Part shown: positions 1 through 10,242 of the stretch, piece after piece
How positions within the stretch are numbered: position 1 is the stretch's first letter
Layout of the letters: each line of letters starts with the position of its first letter
Assembly: GCA_007130045.1 (NCBI GenBank)
Contig: SLTG01000088.1
Coordinates: 24,647-88,646 of the forward strand
DNA length: 64,000 nucleotides
Reading direction: 5' to 3'
Source of the DNA: Opitutales bacterium
Lineage (GTDB): Bacteria > Verrucomicrobiota > Verrucomicrobiia > Opitutales > T3Sed10-336
Program-made: the position numbers and the translations under genes
The notes under the pieces: model-generated
Database searches by the model: none
The model's input: only the letters and a program-made list of their open reading frames with translations
Told to the model about the DNA's origin: nothing

Positions 1-3000
1 CTGGGCGGAGTCGGGATGGCGGGCTGCAGGCGTCCGGAATCGCACATCCTTCCGTACGCGCAACAGCCGGAGCGGATCATTCCCGGACGACCCCTCTATT
101 ATGCCACTTCAATGCCTCTGCGCGGTGCGGCGGTTCCGCTGCTGGTCGAAACGCATCAGGCACGCCCGACGAAGATCGAGGGAAACCCGACCTACGGCCC
201 GAACGGCGGAAAGTCGGATCTGCCAACCCAGGCCTCCGTCCTCAATCTCTACGATCCCGACCGAGGGCGGCGCCACGAACGCGGGGATTCGCCGCTCTCC
301 GGCGATGAGCTCGCCGCTCTGCTTGCCGAGGTGGGGGAGAGGTACGCCGGCAACGGGGGTGCGGGACTTGCGTTTCTCGCCGAAACCTCGAGCTCCCCGA
401 CCCGCCGCGCCCTCGTCTCCGAGCTGAAGGAGCGCTTTCCGGAGGCAATCTGGTCCGAATACGAGCCGGTGGACGAGTCTCTCGCGGAAAAGGCGGCGAC
501 CCGTCTCCTGGGCGAGCCGGCCCGTCCCTACTATCATCCGGGAAGGGCGTCGCGTATCCTGGCGCTGGATTCGGATTTCCTCCAGGAGGGCGACGGACAC
601 ATCTATTATTCGCTTTCATTCGCAAACGGACGCCGCGTCGAGAATCCCGGCGATCCGATGAACCGCCTTTACGCCGTCGAGAGCACTTACTCGGTGACCG
701 GCGGCATGGCCGACCACCGCCTGCGACTGGCGACCTCGAAGGTTCCGGCGTTCACTTGCCGCCTGGCCGCCGGCATCCTGTCGGAGCTCGGCGAGGAGTC
801 CGGCCTGGTTTCGGCACTTGAATCCGCATCGAACGGTCTGGACGTCGATGACGCCTGGATTGACGCCTGTGCGAAAGATCTTGTCGAGAACGGTTCGGAA
901 TCCCTCGTGGTCGCCGGGACTCATCTCCCCGAGGAAATTCAGGCCCTCGTTCTCTTCCTGAACCAGATCCTGGGCGCCGTCGGCACGACCGTCGAGTTTC
1001 TGGCAGTGGACGAGAAACAGGGGCGGCCGATCGGAGACCTGGCCGAAGCGATCCGCGCGGGCGACGTTCAGACGCTTTTCGTGCTGGGCGGAAATCCGGC
1101 CTTTAACGCTCCGGCGGATCTGGATTGGAGGGAACTCCAGGACAGTGTGGACGAAGTGATCCGGTACGGGTACTACCGCGACGAGACTTCGGAGGGCGCC
1201 GACGCGTTTATCAACGCTTCACATTATCTGGAATCGTGGGGCGACGCCCGTGCCCCTGACGGGTCGGTGCTGCCGGTGCAGCCGATGATCCTCCCGCTTT
1301 TTCAGAGCGTCACCGAACTCGAGCTCCTCGCGAGGATACTCGGCAAGGAGAACACGGAGCCGTACGACCTGGTTTATGAGACGGTGACCGGAATGAAACC
1401 GGACGACGGCGCGGAGAGGGTGTTCCGCCGTTTTCTTCACGACGGTGTGCTTGCGGACAGCGCGTATTCCGTGGCAAACGGGGAGATCTTCGCGGACGAC
1501 GTCGGGGAGCTGATCGCCGGAGCGGGGATTTCCGTCTCGAGCCTTTCGGTTGATAATCTCGAGGTTCGTCTGGTTCGTGACGCGCGGACGGACGATGGCC
1601 GGTTCGCCAACAACGGCTGGCTGCAGGAATGTCCCGACCCGATCACGAAACTCGCCTGGGACAACGCGATCATGATCAGTCCGCGTCTGGGACGGGAGCT
1701 CGACATTATTCCCGGGGTTCCGGCAATGGGAATCGTGCGACGCAACCCGAATCGGATCCGTTTGGGACGCCAGGTCGCCCCGATTGCCGAGATCGAGCTC
1801 AACGGGCGCAGGATCAAAGGCCCCGTTCACGTTCAGCCGGGACTTGCCGACTATTCGGTGATCGTGCCGGTCGGGTACGGAAGAGAATTCGAAGGCAGAA
1901 TCTGCAAGGGAGTCGGGTTTAACGCGTATCCGCTGAAATCGACCGGGCGGTCTTTCCACGCAACCGGTGTTTCGATCATGATTACCGGCGAGACCCCCAT
2001 GCAGCTCGCCAACGTCCAGGAGCACTGGTCGATGGAGGGCCGGGCGATAATTCGCGAGGCGAACAAGGAATACTACGATGAGAACCCGGACTTCGCCGCG
2101 CGGATGGGAATGGAGTCCCACGCGCCGCCGAACCTCGGGCCCGATCCGCAGGTCCGCGCAATGCCCCTCCACGAGCGCAGCCGGGCGACGCCGCGCGGGT
2201 ACTCGCTCTACGAGCATCCCGAGTTCACCGGAATCCACCAGTGGGGCATGACGATCGACATGAACACCTGCATCGGCTGCAACGCCTGTGTTGTGGCTTG
2301 TCAGAGCGAGAACAATATTCCGATCGTCGGGAAGGACCAGGTGTTGCGCGGGCGCGAGATGCACTGGATTCGGATCGACCGGTATTTTTCGAGCGGCGAA
2401 ACCCGCGACAACGAGGTGCCGGACGATCCCCAGGTTTCGCTACAGCCGATGCTCTGCCAGCACTGCGAATTGGCGCCGTGCGAAACGGTTTGCCCTGTCA
2501 ATGCGACCGTTCACGACGACGAGGGACTCAATGTGATGGCGTACAACCGGTGCATCGGCACCCGCTACTGCGCCAACAACTGTCCCTACAAGGTTCGCCG
2601 ATTCAATTTCTTCGACTGGAACGAGCGGCGGATCGGCAAATTTTATCACGGCCCGTTGGGTCCGAAAGGGATGGACGAACTGCACAAGATGCAGAAGAAC
2701 CCGGATGTTACCGTGCGGATGCGGGGAGTGATGGAGAAATGCACCTTCTGCACGCAGCGAATCGAGGCCGCCAAAATCGAACAAAAGGTGAAAGCCGGTG
2801 CCACATCCGACGTGGAGGTTCCCGACGGGACGATCCAGACAGCCTGCCAGCAGGCCTGCCCGACCGACGCGATCGTGTTCGGAAACATCGCCGACCCGGA
2901 AAGCGAAGTTTCGAAGATGAAGGAACGCGACCGGGATTATTCGGTTCTCGGCTATTTGAACACGCGTCCGCGTGTCACATACCTGGCGAAGCTGCGCAAT

Positions 3001-3093
3001 CCGAATCCCGAGATGCCGGATTTCGGCGCGCGACCGTTGAGCGCCGCGGAGTATTATTCCCGGAACTATCCGAACGGGGGAGCTGAAGAATGA
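1..3093 (+). CDS. actB: Alternative complex III subunit ActB (molybdopterin-oxidoreductase-like domain fused to a 4Fe-4S ferredoxin domain); 5' end probably outside the window
   Basis: 1025-aa ORF (track 16..3093). The frame stays open back to nt 1. The C-terminal half carries the Cys clusters [51 protein letters not shown] and CTFCTQR...CPTDAI. It is followed by actC-F homologues. Confidence 0.85.
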   Translation: MGGVGMAGCRRPESHILPYAQQPERIIPGRPLYYATSMPLRGAAVPLLVETHQARPTKIEGNPTYGPNGGKSDLPTQASVLNLYDPDRGRRHERGDSPLSGDELAALLAEVGERYAGNGGAGLAFLAETSSSPTRRALVSELKERFPEAIWSEYEPVDESLAEKAATRLLGEPARPYYHPGRASRILALDSDFLQEGDGHIYYSLSFANGRRVENPGDPMNRLYAVESTYSVTGGMADHRLRLATSKVPAFTCRLAAGILSELGEESGLVSALESASNGLDVDDAWIDACAKDLVENGSESLVVAGTHLPEEIQALVLFLNQILGAVGTTVEFLAVDEKQGRPIGDLAEAIRAGDVQTLFVLGGNPAFNAPADLDWRELQDSVDEVIRYGYYRDETSEGADAFINASHYLESWGDARAPDGSVLPVQPMILPLFQSVTELELLARILGKENTEPYDLVYETVTGMKPDDGAERVFRRFLHDGVLADSAYSVANGEIFADDVGELIAGAGISVSSLSVDNLEVRLVRDARTDDGRFANNGWLQECPDPITKLAWDNAIMISPRLGRELDIIPGVPAMGIVRRNPNRIRLGRQVAPIAEIELNGRRIKGPVHVQPGLADYSVIVPVGYGREFEGRICKGVGFNAYPLKSTGRSFHATGVSIMITGETPMQLANVQEHWSMEGRAIIREANKEYYDENPDFAARMGMESHAPPNLGPDPQVRAMPLHERSRATPRGYSLYEHPEFTGIHQWGMTIDMNTCIGCNACVVACQSENNIPIVGKDQVLRGREMHWIRIDRYFSSGETRDNEVPDDPQVSLQPMLCQHCELAPCETVCPVNATVHDDEGLNVMAYNRCIGTRYCANNCPYKVRRFNFFDWNERRIGKFYHGPLGPKGMDELHKMQKNPDVTVRMRGVMEKCTFCTQRIEAAKIEQKVKAGATSDVEVPDGTIQTACQQACPTDAIVFGNIADPESEVSKMKERDRDYSVLGYLNTRPRVTYLAKLRNPNPEMPDFGARPLSAAEYYSRNYPNGGAEE

Positions 3094-4517
3094 TATCTCT
3101 CGACGATACGAAATCGGTCAACGAAAGCCTGATCAAAGAGGCGAAACCGGCGACGTTGCCACGGCGGAAGCTGGTGGAAAACGACCGGAGTTTCGATTGG
3201 ATCACCGAAAAGGTTTGCGGGATCGTCGAGGAAAAGACGCCCACCTGGTGGTGGGTCTGTTTCTTCATTTCCGGTTTCGTTTCCCTGTTCACCGTTGCCG
3301 GAACAATCTATCTGATTTCGACCGGGGTCGGAGTCTGGGGCCTCAACAATCCGGTCAACTGGGGCTGGGCGATCGTCAATTTCGTTTTTTGGATCGGCAT
3401 CGGTCACGCGGGAACCCTGATTTCGGCCATTCTCTGCCTGCTTAAACAGAACTGGCGAACCTCGATCAATCGCGCGGCGGAGGCTATGACGATCTTCGCG
3501 GTCGTCTGCGCGGGCATCTTTCCGCTCATTCACGTCGGTCGCGTCTGGTTTGCGTGGTGGCTTTTCCCGATCCCCAACGCCAACGTGATCTGGCCGCAGT
3601 TCCGGAGCCCATTGCTGTGGGACGTTTTTGCTGTTTCCACGTACGGAACCGTCTCGCTGCTCTTCTGGTACGTTGGGATGATTCCCGACCTCGCGACCCT
3701 GCGCGACCGGGCGAAGACCAGATTGAAACAACTGTTCTACGGCTTCTTCGCAATGGGGTGGCGCGGGTCGAATCGCCATTGGAGCAATTACGAGATGGCC
3801 TACCTGCTGCTGGCGGGGTTGGCGACGCCGCTCGTGCTTTCGGTGCACACCATCGTTTCATTCGACTTTGCCGTTTCGTTGATTCCCGGCTGGCACACGA
3901 CGATCTTCCCGCCGTATTTCGTGGCGGGCGCCATTTTCTCCGGCTTCGGGATGGTGCTGACGCTGATGCTGCCGTTGCGGTCCATCTACGGGCTGCACGA
4001 TCTGATCACGCAGTACCACATCGACTGTATGTGCAAGATCACTCTGGCCACAGGCAGCATGGTGGGATACGCCTATGCGATCGAGTTCTTTATCGCCTGG
4101 TACGGTGCGAACGATTTCGAGAGCTTCGCCTTTATCAATCGAGCTTTCGGGCCCTACGCATGGGCGTACTGGATCATGATCACGTGTAACGTCATTTCGC
4201 CCCAGCTCTTCTGGTTCCGGAAGGTCAGGGAGAATCCGGCGTTCGTGTGGATCGTCTGTATCTTTGTGAATATCGGCATGTGGTTCGAACGGTTCGTCAT
4301 CGTGGTGACGTCGCTTTCACGCGACTTCCTGCCCACAAGCTGGGGTTACTATTCGCCGACCCTAACGGACATTATGACCTACGTGGGGACATTCGGTATC
4401 TTCACATTCCTGTTCCTGTTATTCCTGCGATTTCTGCCGCTCATGGCGATGGCGGAAATCAAGGCGGTTACGCCGCAAGCCAATCCGCACCATAACTCGG
4501 AAGGAGGGAGTCACTGA
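3090..4517 (+). CDS. actC: Alternative complex III subunit ActC (NrfD/PsrC-like polytopic quinol-interacting membrane protein)
   Basis: 475-aa highly hydrophobic ORF with multiple TM helices. ATGA overlap with actB. Position is as in act operons. Confidence 0.85.
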   Translation: MISLDDTKSVNESLIKEAKPATLPRRKLVENDRSFDWITEKVCGIVEEKTPTWWWVCFFISGFVSLFTVAGTIYLISTGVGVWGLNNPVNWGWAIVNFVFWIGIGHAGTLISAILCLLKQNWRTSINRAAEAMTIFAVVCAGIFPLIHVGRVWFAWWLFPIPNANVIWPQFRSPLLWDVFAVSTYGTVSLLFWYVGMIPDLATLRDRAKTRLKQLFYGFFAMGWRGSNRHWSNYEMAYLLLAGLATPLVLSVHTIVSFDFAVSLIPGWHTTIFPPYFVAGAIFSGFGMVLTLMLPLRSIYGLHDLITQYHIDCMCKITLATGSMVGYAYAIEFFIAWYGANDFESFAFINRAFGPYAWAYWIMITCNVISPQLFWFRKVRENPAFVWIVCIFVNIGMWFERFVIVVTSLSRDFLPTSWGYYSPTLTDIMTYVGTFGIFTFLFLLFLRFLPLMAMAEIKAVTPQANPHHNSEGGSH

Positions 4518-4519
4518 CC

Positions 4520-5059
4520 ATGAGCGACGAAGGAAAAACCTACGGGATGATGGCGAGCTTCAAAACGACCGGCGCGGTGATGCAGGCCGCCGAGAAAGTG
4601 CGCGACGAAGGATTCAAGCACTGGGACGTGATCAGTCCGTTCCCTATCCACGGAATGGACGGCGCGATGGGGATCACTCGATCCAAAGTCCCCATCTTCA
4701 CTCTGATCGGCGGCGCGACCGGTTTCTTCGGAGGGAACCTGATGATCTGGTACATGAACGCCTACGACTACGCGATCCCCGTCGGAGGCAAGCCGATGTT
4801 CAGCCCGATGTACGCGTTTCCGGTTTCATACGAGCTGACCATCCTGCTTGCCGCGTTCGGAGCGATCATCGGCATGCTCCTGATGAACCGCCTTCCCATG
4901 CACTACCATCCCGCAATGAAGCACGATGCGGTGGACCGTGCGTCCAACGACCGGTTTTTTATCGTCATCGAATCCTCGGACCCGAGGTTTGACGAAAAGA
5001 CGACGACTGCCCTGCTCGAAAGGATAGGCGGGAGCGACGTGACGAAAATCGAAGACTGA
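4520..5059 (+). CDS. actD: Alternative complex III subunit ActD (DUF3341-type)
   Basis: 179 aa with a soluble N-terminus followed by two TM helices (FTLIGGATGFFGG..., ELTILLAAFGAIIGMLL). There is a 2-nt gap after actC. Confidence 0.8.
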   Translation: MSDEGKTYGMMASFKTTGAVMQAAEKVRDEGFKHWDVISPFPIHGMDGAMGITRSKVPIFTLIGGATGFFGGNLMIWYMNAYDYAIPVGGKPMFSPMYAFPVSYELTILLAAFGAIIGMLLMNRLPMHYHPAMKHDAVDRASNDRFFIVIESSDPRFDEKTTTALLERIGGSDVTKIED

Positions 5060-5061
5060 AC

Positions 5062-5691
5062 ATGCGTATTTTCTTCGCCATATTTGCCTTTTCCCTGCTG
5101 GCCCTGCTTTCGATTCTGGGGTTCCGGGGAGCGACCTCCGACCGGCCGCCGATCGAGATCTTTCCCGATATGGTTCGCCAGTCGAAGTACAAGGCGCAAT
5201 CCCATAGCGAGTTTTTTGAAGACGGCCGGACCGACCGGCCCGTTCCGCCTGGAACGGTGCATCGCCAGTACGACAACCCGCAAGAGAGCGAACGGCTGGA
5301 TGACGATCACTTCAATACCGGAAGGGTGAACGGCGACTACGCCGAGGGATTCCCGATGGTTGTGACCCGCGAGACGATGGAGCGCGGACGTGACCGGTAC
5401 AGGATCTTCTGCGGAAGCTGTCACGGCGGGATCGGCGACGGGCAGGGAATCACGTTCGAATATGGAATGGTCACGGTACCGGATTTTCACGCGGAACGCT
5501 TTTACGATATGGCCGAAGGGGAGATTTTTGAAACGATCACCGAGGGCAGGGGATTGATGGGGTCTTACAAGGATAAACTCAGTGTCGAGGACCGCTGGGC
5601 CGTGATCGCTTACGTTCGCGCCCTTCAACGTGCCCGCGTGGGAACCGAAGCCGACGTGCCGGAGGCCGAAAGAGAGAGGCTTGGACTATGA
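5062..5691 (+). CDS. actE: Alternative complex III subunit ActE (membrane-anchored monoheme cytochrome c)
   Basis: 209 aa with an N-terminal hydrophobic anchor, a single CGSCHG heme-c motif and a downstream Met-containing segment (GRGLMGSY). Confidence 0.8.
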   Translation: MRIFFAIFAFSLLALLSILGFRGATSDRPPIEIFPDMVRQSKYKAQSHSEFFEDGRTDRPVPPGTVHRQYDNPQESERLDDDHFNTGRVNGDYAEGFPMVVTRETMERGRDRYRIFCGSCHGGIGDGQGITFEYGMVTVPDFHAERFYDMAEGEIFETITEGRGLMGSYKDKLSVEDRWAVIAYVRALQRARVGTEADVPEAERERLGL

Positions 5692-6953
5692 GCAATGCAA
5701 AATCAGCGGGAGCGACCGGCCCGGCCGGCGGAGCGGCGGCGAATGCGTGGATGTTTCGTGCGATGATCGTCGGCATCGTGGCTCTGGTTCTCACACTTGT
5801 CGGCCTTTTCACCGGAGATCCTGTCCGGGTCGGGCTCGGCACGCTGATCTCCGTGGTGTTCTGGCTTTCCATCGGCCTAGGAATGTGGTTTCTGATCATG
5901 TTGTTTTACTTGTTCGACGCGGGATGGGGAACCGTGGTGCGGCGTCCGATGGAGCACGCGACCGCAACGTTTCCTTGGATCGGGGCGGTGTTTTTCGTCC
6001 TGCTTTTCCACTCCCTCATGGCGGACGCCGAGGAGGGTGTCTGGAAATGGATGAATCCGGAAAATCCCGTCGTGATCGCCGGGGAACTCGCGACGGTCCA
6101 AGACGATGTTCTCTATCACCATAAGAGCGCATTCCTGAACAATGCTTTTTTCTTCGTCCGTTCGCTCATTTATTTCGGCATCTTTATCGGTATCGCTTCG
6201 ATCCTGCGCAATGCCTCGTTCAGGCAGGACAGTGACGGCGACGGTGCCTGGACCACGGTCTGCCGCAAATGGTCCGCGGGCGGGGTGATTCTCGGCGCGC
6301 TTGCCGTGACGTTCGCTTCACTGGACTGGATCATGACCCTGGAGTTTCACTGGTTTTCCACGATGTTCGGAGTCTGGTTCTTCTCGTCCGCGATGAGGGC
6401 CGCGTTGTCGGGAACGGTGATTGTCTGTTTGATCCTGGTTTACACCGGCGTGTTCAGGGGCGTGTTCAAGCAGGCGCATCTTTACGAGTTGGGACGGCTG
6501 ATGTTCGCGTTTACCGTCTTTTGGGCCTACATTGCCTTTTCACAGTACTTCCTGATCTTGAACGCGAACATTCCGGAGGTCACATACTGGTACGTCAACC
6601 GCGAACACGAGTACTGGTGGTGGGTCGGACTGGCTCTCCTGTTCGGTCACTTCTTCGTTCCCTTTATCTACCTTCTTTTTTACAGGAACAAGGTTCTCCC
6701 GGGACGAATGCTCTTTATTTCAGTATGGATTCTCGCGTTCCATTTGTTGGATCTTTACTTCAACATCCTTCCCTCCAAGCACGCGGAAACCGGACTGCCG
6801 TATTACAACTTCTCCGTCACCTTCTGGGATGTCACCGCGTTCGCCGGTGTTGGCGGGATTTGCGTCTGGGCCTTCATGAAAAGCTACGTCGGTCAAAAGG
6901 CCATTCCGGTGCGTGATCCACGCATCCTGGAATCCCTCAGCCATCATGAATAA
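5688..6953 (+). CDS. actF: Alternative complex III subunit ActF (second NrfD-like membrane subunit)
   Basis: 421-aa polytopic membrane ORF with a 4-nt overlap with actE. Its order in the operon fits actF. Confidence 0.8.
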   Translation: MSNAKSAGATGPAGGAAANAWMFRAMIVGIVALVLTLVGLFTGDPVRVGLGTLISVVFWLSIGLGMWFLIMLFYLFDAGWGTVVRRPMEHATATFPWIGAVFFVLLFHSLMADAEEGVWKWMNPENPVVIAGELATVQDDVLYHHKSAFLNNAFFFVRSLIYFGIFIGIASILRNASFRQDSDGDGAWTTVCRKWSAGGVILGALAVTFASLDWIMTLEFHWFSTMFGVWFFSSAMRAALSGTVIVCLILVYTGVFRGVFKQAHLYELGRLMFAFTVFWAYIAFSQYFLILNANIPEVTYWYVNREHEYWWWVGLALLFGHFFVPFIYLLFYRNKVLPGRMLFISVWILAFHLLDLYFNILPSKHAETGLPYYNFSVTFWDVTAFAGVGGICVWAFMKSYVGQKAIPVRDPRILESLSHHE

Positions 6954-7353
6954 CAAAGAACCCTCATTGCGAAACACTGTTTTATCGGCCGTCGCTGTCA
7001 TCGCCGGACTGGTCATCATGGTGATCGTCGCCGCGATTGTGTATCTTCCGGATCGTGCGGACACTGTCGCGCGGCCGGGGATGACCCCTGCGGAACGCAG
7101 GGAGCTGCTTCAGAAGAAGACGAGCCGCGAGGAAGAGGAACTCGGTCATTACGGATGGATCGACGAGGAGGCGGGACGCCTGCGCCTGCCGATCGATTTG
7201 GCCATGGACCTTGCCGTTTCGGAAATCGACCGGGAGGAATCGATCATCGTTCGCGAATTTGAAGAACCTGAAGAGGAGGAAGAGGATGACGGGCAGGACG
7301 AGTCCGACGAAGACGCGGAAGAGGAACCGGATAACAACGAGTTAGAGGGCTGA
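6946..7353 (+). CDS. Small single-pass membrane protein with a strongly acidic C-terminal tail (possible ACIII/oxidase accessory subunit)
   Basis: The ATG at 6946 overlaps the actF stop by 8 nt. One TM helix (VLSAVAVIAGLVIMVIVAAIVYL). The tail reads EFEEPEEEEEDDGQDESDEDAEEEPDNNELEG. No recognised family. Confidence 0.55.
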   Translation: MNNKEPSLRNTVLSAVAVIAGLVIMVIVAAIVYLPDRADTVARPGMTPAERRELLQKKTSREEEELGHYGWIDEEAGRLRLPIDLAMDLAVSEIDREESIIVREFEEPEEEEEDDGQDESDEDAEEEPDNNELEG

Positions 7354-7356
7354 TTG

Positions 7357-8844
7357 ATGAGCGATTCTTCTTCACACCCGGATTCAAGCACCAATCGCGG
7401 CGGCGCTACCGGCCTCCAACCGTTCGGCTTGCGGGCAATCGACACATCGATGCGCGTGCCGGCCGTCGTCTTTGGGGCAATGTCGGTTCTCTGGTTGTTT
7501 GTCGCCACGCTGTTTGCGCTGATTACTTCCTTCAAGCTGCACACACCTGGCTTTCTCGGTCAATGGGAATTGCTGACGTTCGGACGGGTTCAGCCCGCCT
7601 ATATGACGATGTTTCTTTACGGCTGGGCGACCAATGCGGGTTTTGGGGTTGCATTCTGGATCATGGCCCGCCTTTCCAGGAACACCCTTCAGGCCGGCGT
7701 CACACTTTATACCGCCGCGGCGTTTTGGAACGTCGGGGTCCTGGTTGCGATCTTCGGCATTCTGATCGGCCACTTGAATCCGCACAAATGGCTGGAGATG
7801 CCGGGTTATGCCGCCCCGCTTCTGTTCGTGGCGTTTGCGCTTATCGCGGTGTGGGCGGTGCTCACGTTCAGATTCCGCCGGTCCGATTATTCGTATGTGT
7901 CTCAGTGGTACCTCCTGGCGGCCCTTTTTTGGTTTCCCGCCATCTTCGGAATCGCCTGCCTGATGCTCGTTTACGCTCCCGCCCGCGGCGTCGTCCAGTC
8001 GGTCGTCGGTATGTGGTATGCCCACAACCTCTACGCGCTCTGGCTGACGCCGATCGGACTTGCGGCGGCGTACTATTTCATTCCCAAAATCCTGGGCAAG
8101 CCGGTACACAGTTACTATTTCGCCGCTATCGCGTTCTGGACCTACCTTGTTTTCGCCAGTTGGGCGGGAACGCAGCACCTCGCCGGCGGGCCGGTCCCGG
8201 CATGGATCATTTCCTCCGGGATTGTCGGGAGCCTTCTCACGCTCTTTCCGGTCGTCATCATCGGTATCAATCACCACGTCTCAATGGCGGGAAACTTCGG
8301 AAAGCTTCGCACGAGTCCCACCCTGCGGTTCGTGTATTTCGGGGCGGTCGCGTTCACATCCGTCAGCATTCTGACCGCGTTCACCGCCTTCAGAAGCGTC
8401 CGGGAGGTCGTCCAGTTCACGTATTTCATGGACGGCCAGATGCAGTGGGGAATCTATGCCTGGTTCACGATGGCGATGTTCGGCGCCCTTTATTACATCA
8501 TGCCGCGGGTGCTCAATCGCGAGTGGCCTTCGGCCATGCTGATCAGGCTGCATTTCTGGACGTGCGCGTCCGGAATCGTTTTGTACGTTTTGGCCATGTG
8601 TATCGGCGGATGGATACAGGGGATTCAGATCAACAACCCAGGCGCGTATCCGGATTTCGTCGATGTCGTCGGAAACACCATGCCATGGTTGGTCGCCGGA
8701 AGTCTGGCGGGGATTCTTCTTCTGCTTGGCCACGCCGCGTTCGCTATCCATTTCTTCTGGATTCTCCTTCGCCCGGAGATCCCGGATGAGAGCCGATCGA
8801 AGCTCTTTAAGGAGCCGAAACACATGAAGGTTGCAGTGAAATGA
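7357..8844 (+). CDS. Heme-copper oxidase superfamily, cbb3 CcoN-like subunit I with a degenerate heme/CuB ligand set
   Basis: About 495-aa 12-TM protein. Long ungapped similarity to CcoN blocks (FGR..P, WYAHN, YYFIPK..KPV.SY, WAG..HL, RF......F, GALYY..PRV..RE, HFW....G..LY). Four of the six canonical His ligand positions read Tyr or Gln (see findings). Confidence 0.8.
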   Translation: MSDSSSHPDSSTNRGGATGLQPFGLRAIDTSMRVPAVVFGAMSVLWLFVATLFALITSFKLHTPGFLGQWELLTFGRVQPAYMTMFLYGWATNAGFGVAFWIMARLSRNTLQAGVTLYTAAAFWNVGVLVAIFGILIGHLNPHKWLEMPGYAAPLLFVAFALIAVWAVLTFRFRRSDYSYVSQWYLLAALFWFPAIFGIACLMLVYAPARGVVQSVVGMWYAHNLYALWLTPIGLAAAYYFIPKILGKPVHSYYFAAIAFWTYLVFASWAGTQHLAGGPVPAWIISSGIVGSLLTLFPVVIIGINHHVSMAGNFGKLRTSPTLRFVYFGAVAFTSVSILTAFTAFRSVREVVQFTYFMDGQMQWGIYAWFTMAMFGALYYIMPRVLNREWPSAMLIRLHFWTCASGIVLYVLAMCIGGWIQGIQINNPGAYPDFVDVVGNTMPWLVAGSLAGILLLLGHAAFAIHFFWILLRPEIPDESRSKLFKEPKHMKVAVK

Positions 8845-9494
8845 ACAAACTGTCGGTCATCATTACAGGCATACTCGTTACCATTGCCTTTTCCTGGGCG
8901 GGACTCGTGCTTACGAGCCATGTTCAGTTGGGCGCGCTCGAGCACCACGTTGACGAACTGTCGGGTGATTCGTTTCCTCCGCCGCGGGCCGGGATCGCCC
9001 GGAGAGGCAAGAAGACCTACCAGGAACTCGGTTGCGTCGCCTGCCACACCCAGCAGGTCCGGCGGCCGCGTGACGAGGAGACCTGGCGCCTGCCTTACGG
9101 GTACGCGGGCGATATCGAGCGCGGATGGGGCGAACGCCAGTCGGTGGCCCGCGATTACATTCGCGACGAAGTTGTATTGCTGGGAACCCGGAGGGTGGGT
9201 CCGGACCTCATGACGGTTGGCGGCAGGGAGGACACCCGCGAGTGGCATCATCGCCATTTGTACGACCCGCGTATCAACACACCCGGCTCGACCATGCCGT
9301 CCTATTCTTTTCTGTATAAAACCCGGGCGGTGGACGACGATCCGTCTCCGCGAGCGCTCGACCTTCCCGAGGGATTTGGAGCGCCGGCAGGGTATGAAGT
9401 TCTTCCGACACCCCGCGCCGATGCGCTTGTCCAATATCTTTTGAGTTTGCGAATGGATTACGAATTGCCGGAGGTTCCCGCGGAAAATGAGTGA
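8841..9494 (+). CDS. ccoO: cbb3-type oxidase subunit II (CcoO)-like monoheme cytochrome c
   Basis: 217 aa with an N-terminal TM anchor and motifs CVACHTQQVR, GTRRVGPDL..VGGR, WHHRHLYDPR and STMPSY. ATGA overlap with the upstream gene. Confidence 0.8.
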   Translation: MNKLSVIITGILVTIAFSWAGLVLTSHVQLGALEHHVDELSGDSFPPPRAGIARRGKKTYQELGCVACHTQQVRRPRDEETWRLPYGYAGDIERGWGERQSVARDYIRDEVVLLGTRRVGPDLMTVGGREDTREWHHRHLYDPRINTPGSTMPSYSFLYKTRAVDDDPSPRALDLPEGFGAPAGYEVLPTPRADALVQYLLSLRMDYELPEVPAENE

Positions 9495-10149
9495 TAAAAA
9501 GAATCAAGAACCGGACGACCGGGAGTTTTGCCTGGAGCAGGAAACGACTTCGGATGAGAGCATCCAGGAGGTCCATGATTCGTTGATGCACCAGAAGGAA
9601 TCGACGCGTGCCGGGTTTCCCATCCTGCCCATCATGATGGTCTTATTCTTCAGTCTGCTGATGCTGGTGGGAGGAATCTACATGGCGGATTACGGAGTCC
9701 GGTTCAGTGCTTTGGCTTTCGATGAAACCCGCGACCCGGCAACTCGTGAGCCGGAGGAGCCTTCAAAGGTGGATATGGTAGCCATGGGCCAAGGGGTTTA
9801 CCGGACCTGCGCCGCCTGCCATGGACCCGAAGGCCAGGGGACTCCTGGAGTGTTTCCGCCCCTCGTGGACACTGATTGGGTGCTCGGATCCAAGGATCGG
9901 CTCATTCGCATTGTCCTTAACGGTCTCACCGGGCCGATCGAAGTCAGGGGTGAGACGTACAACATGCCCATGGGTGGTCTAGGCGGCGCTTTGAACGATC
10001 GGGAGGTCGCAGCGGTTTTGACCTACATTCGACAGGCATGGGGTAACGAGGCTTCCGAGGTCACTCTCGAGGAGGTTTCGGATGTCCGGAGCGAAGTGGG
10101 AACCCGCGGACCCTGGACCGCCGAAGAACTCGAGCAATTCGTCGATTGA
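9487..10149 (+). CDS. Membrane-anchored class I monoheme cytochrome c (occupies the CcoP position)
   Basis: 220 aa with one TM helix (FPILPIMMVLFFSLLMLVGGIYM), a single CAACHGPEGQG motif and the later MPMGG. 8-nt overlap with the ccoO-like gene. Confidence 0.75.
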   Translation: MSDKKNQEPDDREFCLEQETTSDESIQEVHDSLMHQKESTRAGFPILPIMMVLFFSLLMLVGGIYMADYGVRFSALAFDETRDPATREPEEPSKVDMVAMGQGVYRTCAACHGPEGQGTPGVFPPLVDTDWVLGSKDRLIRIVLNGLTGPIEVRGETYNMPMGGLGGALNDREVAAVLTYIRQAWGNEASEVTLEEVSDVRSEVGTRGPWTAEELEQFVD

Positions 10150-10242
10150 CCCCCCACAACATGCGCCCGCTGTAACGTGCCCGCTTGCGGGCGCCACCCG
10201 CCGTACTGGAATGGCGCACACAGAGTCGGTGCGGCGGCGGGA

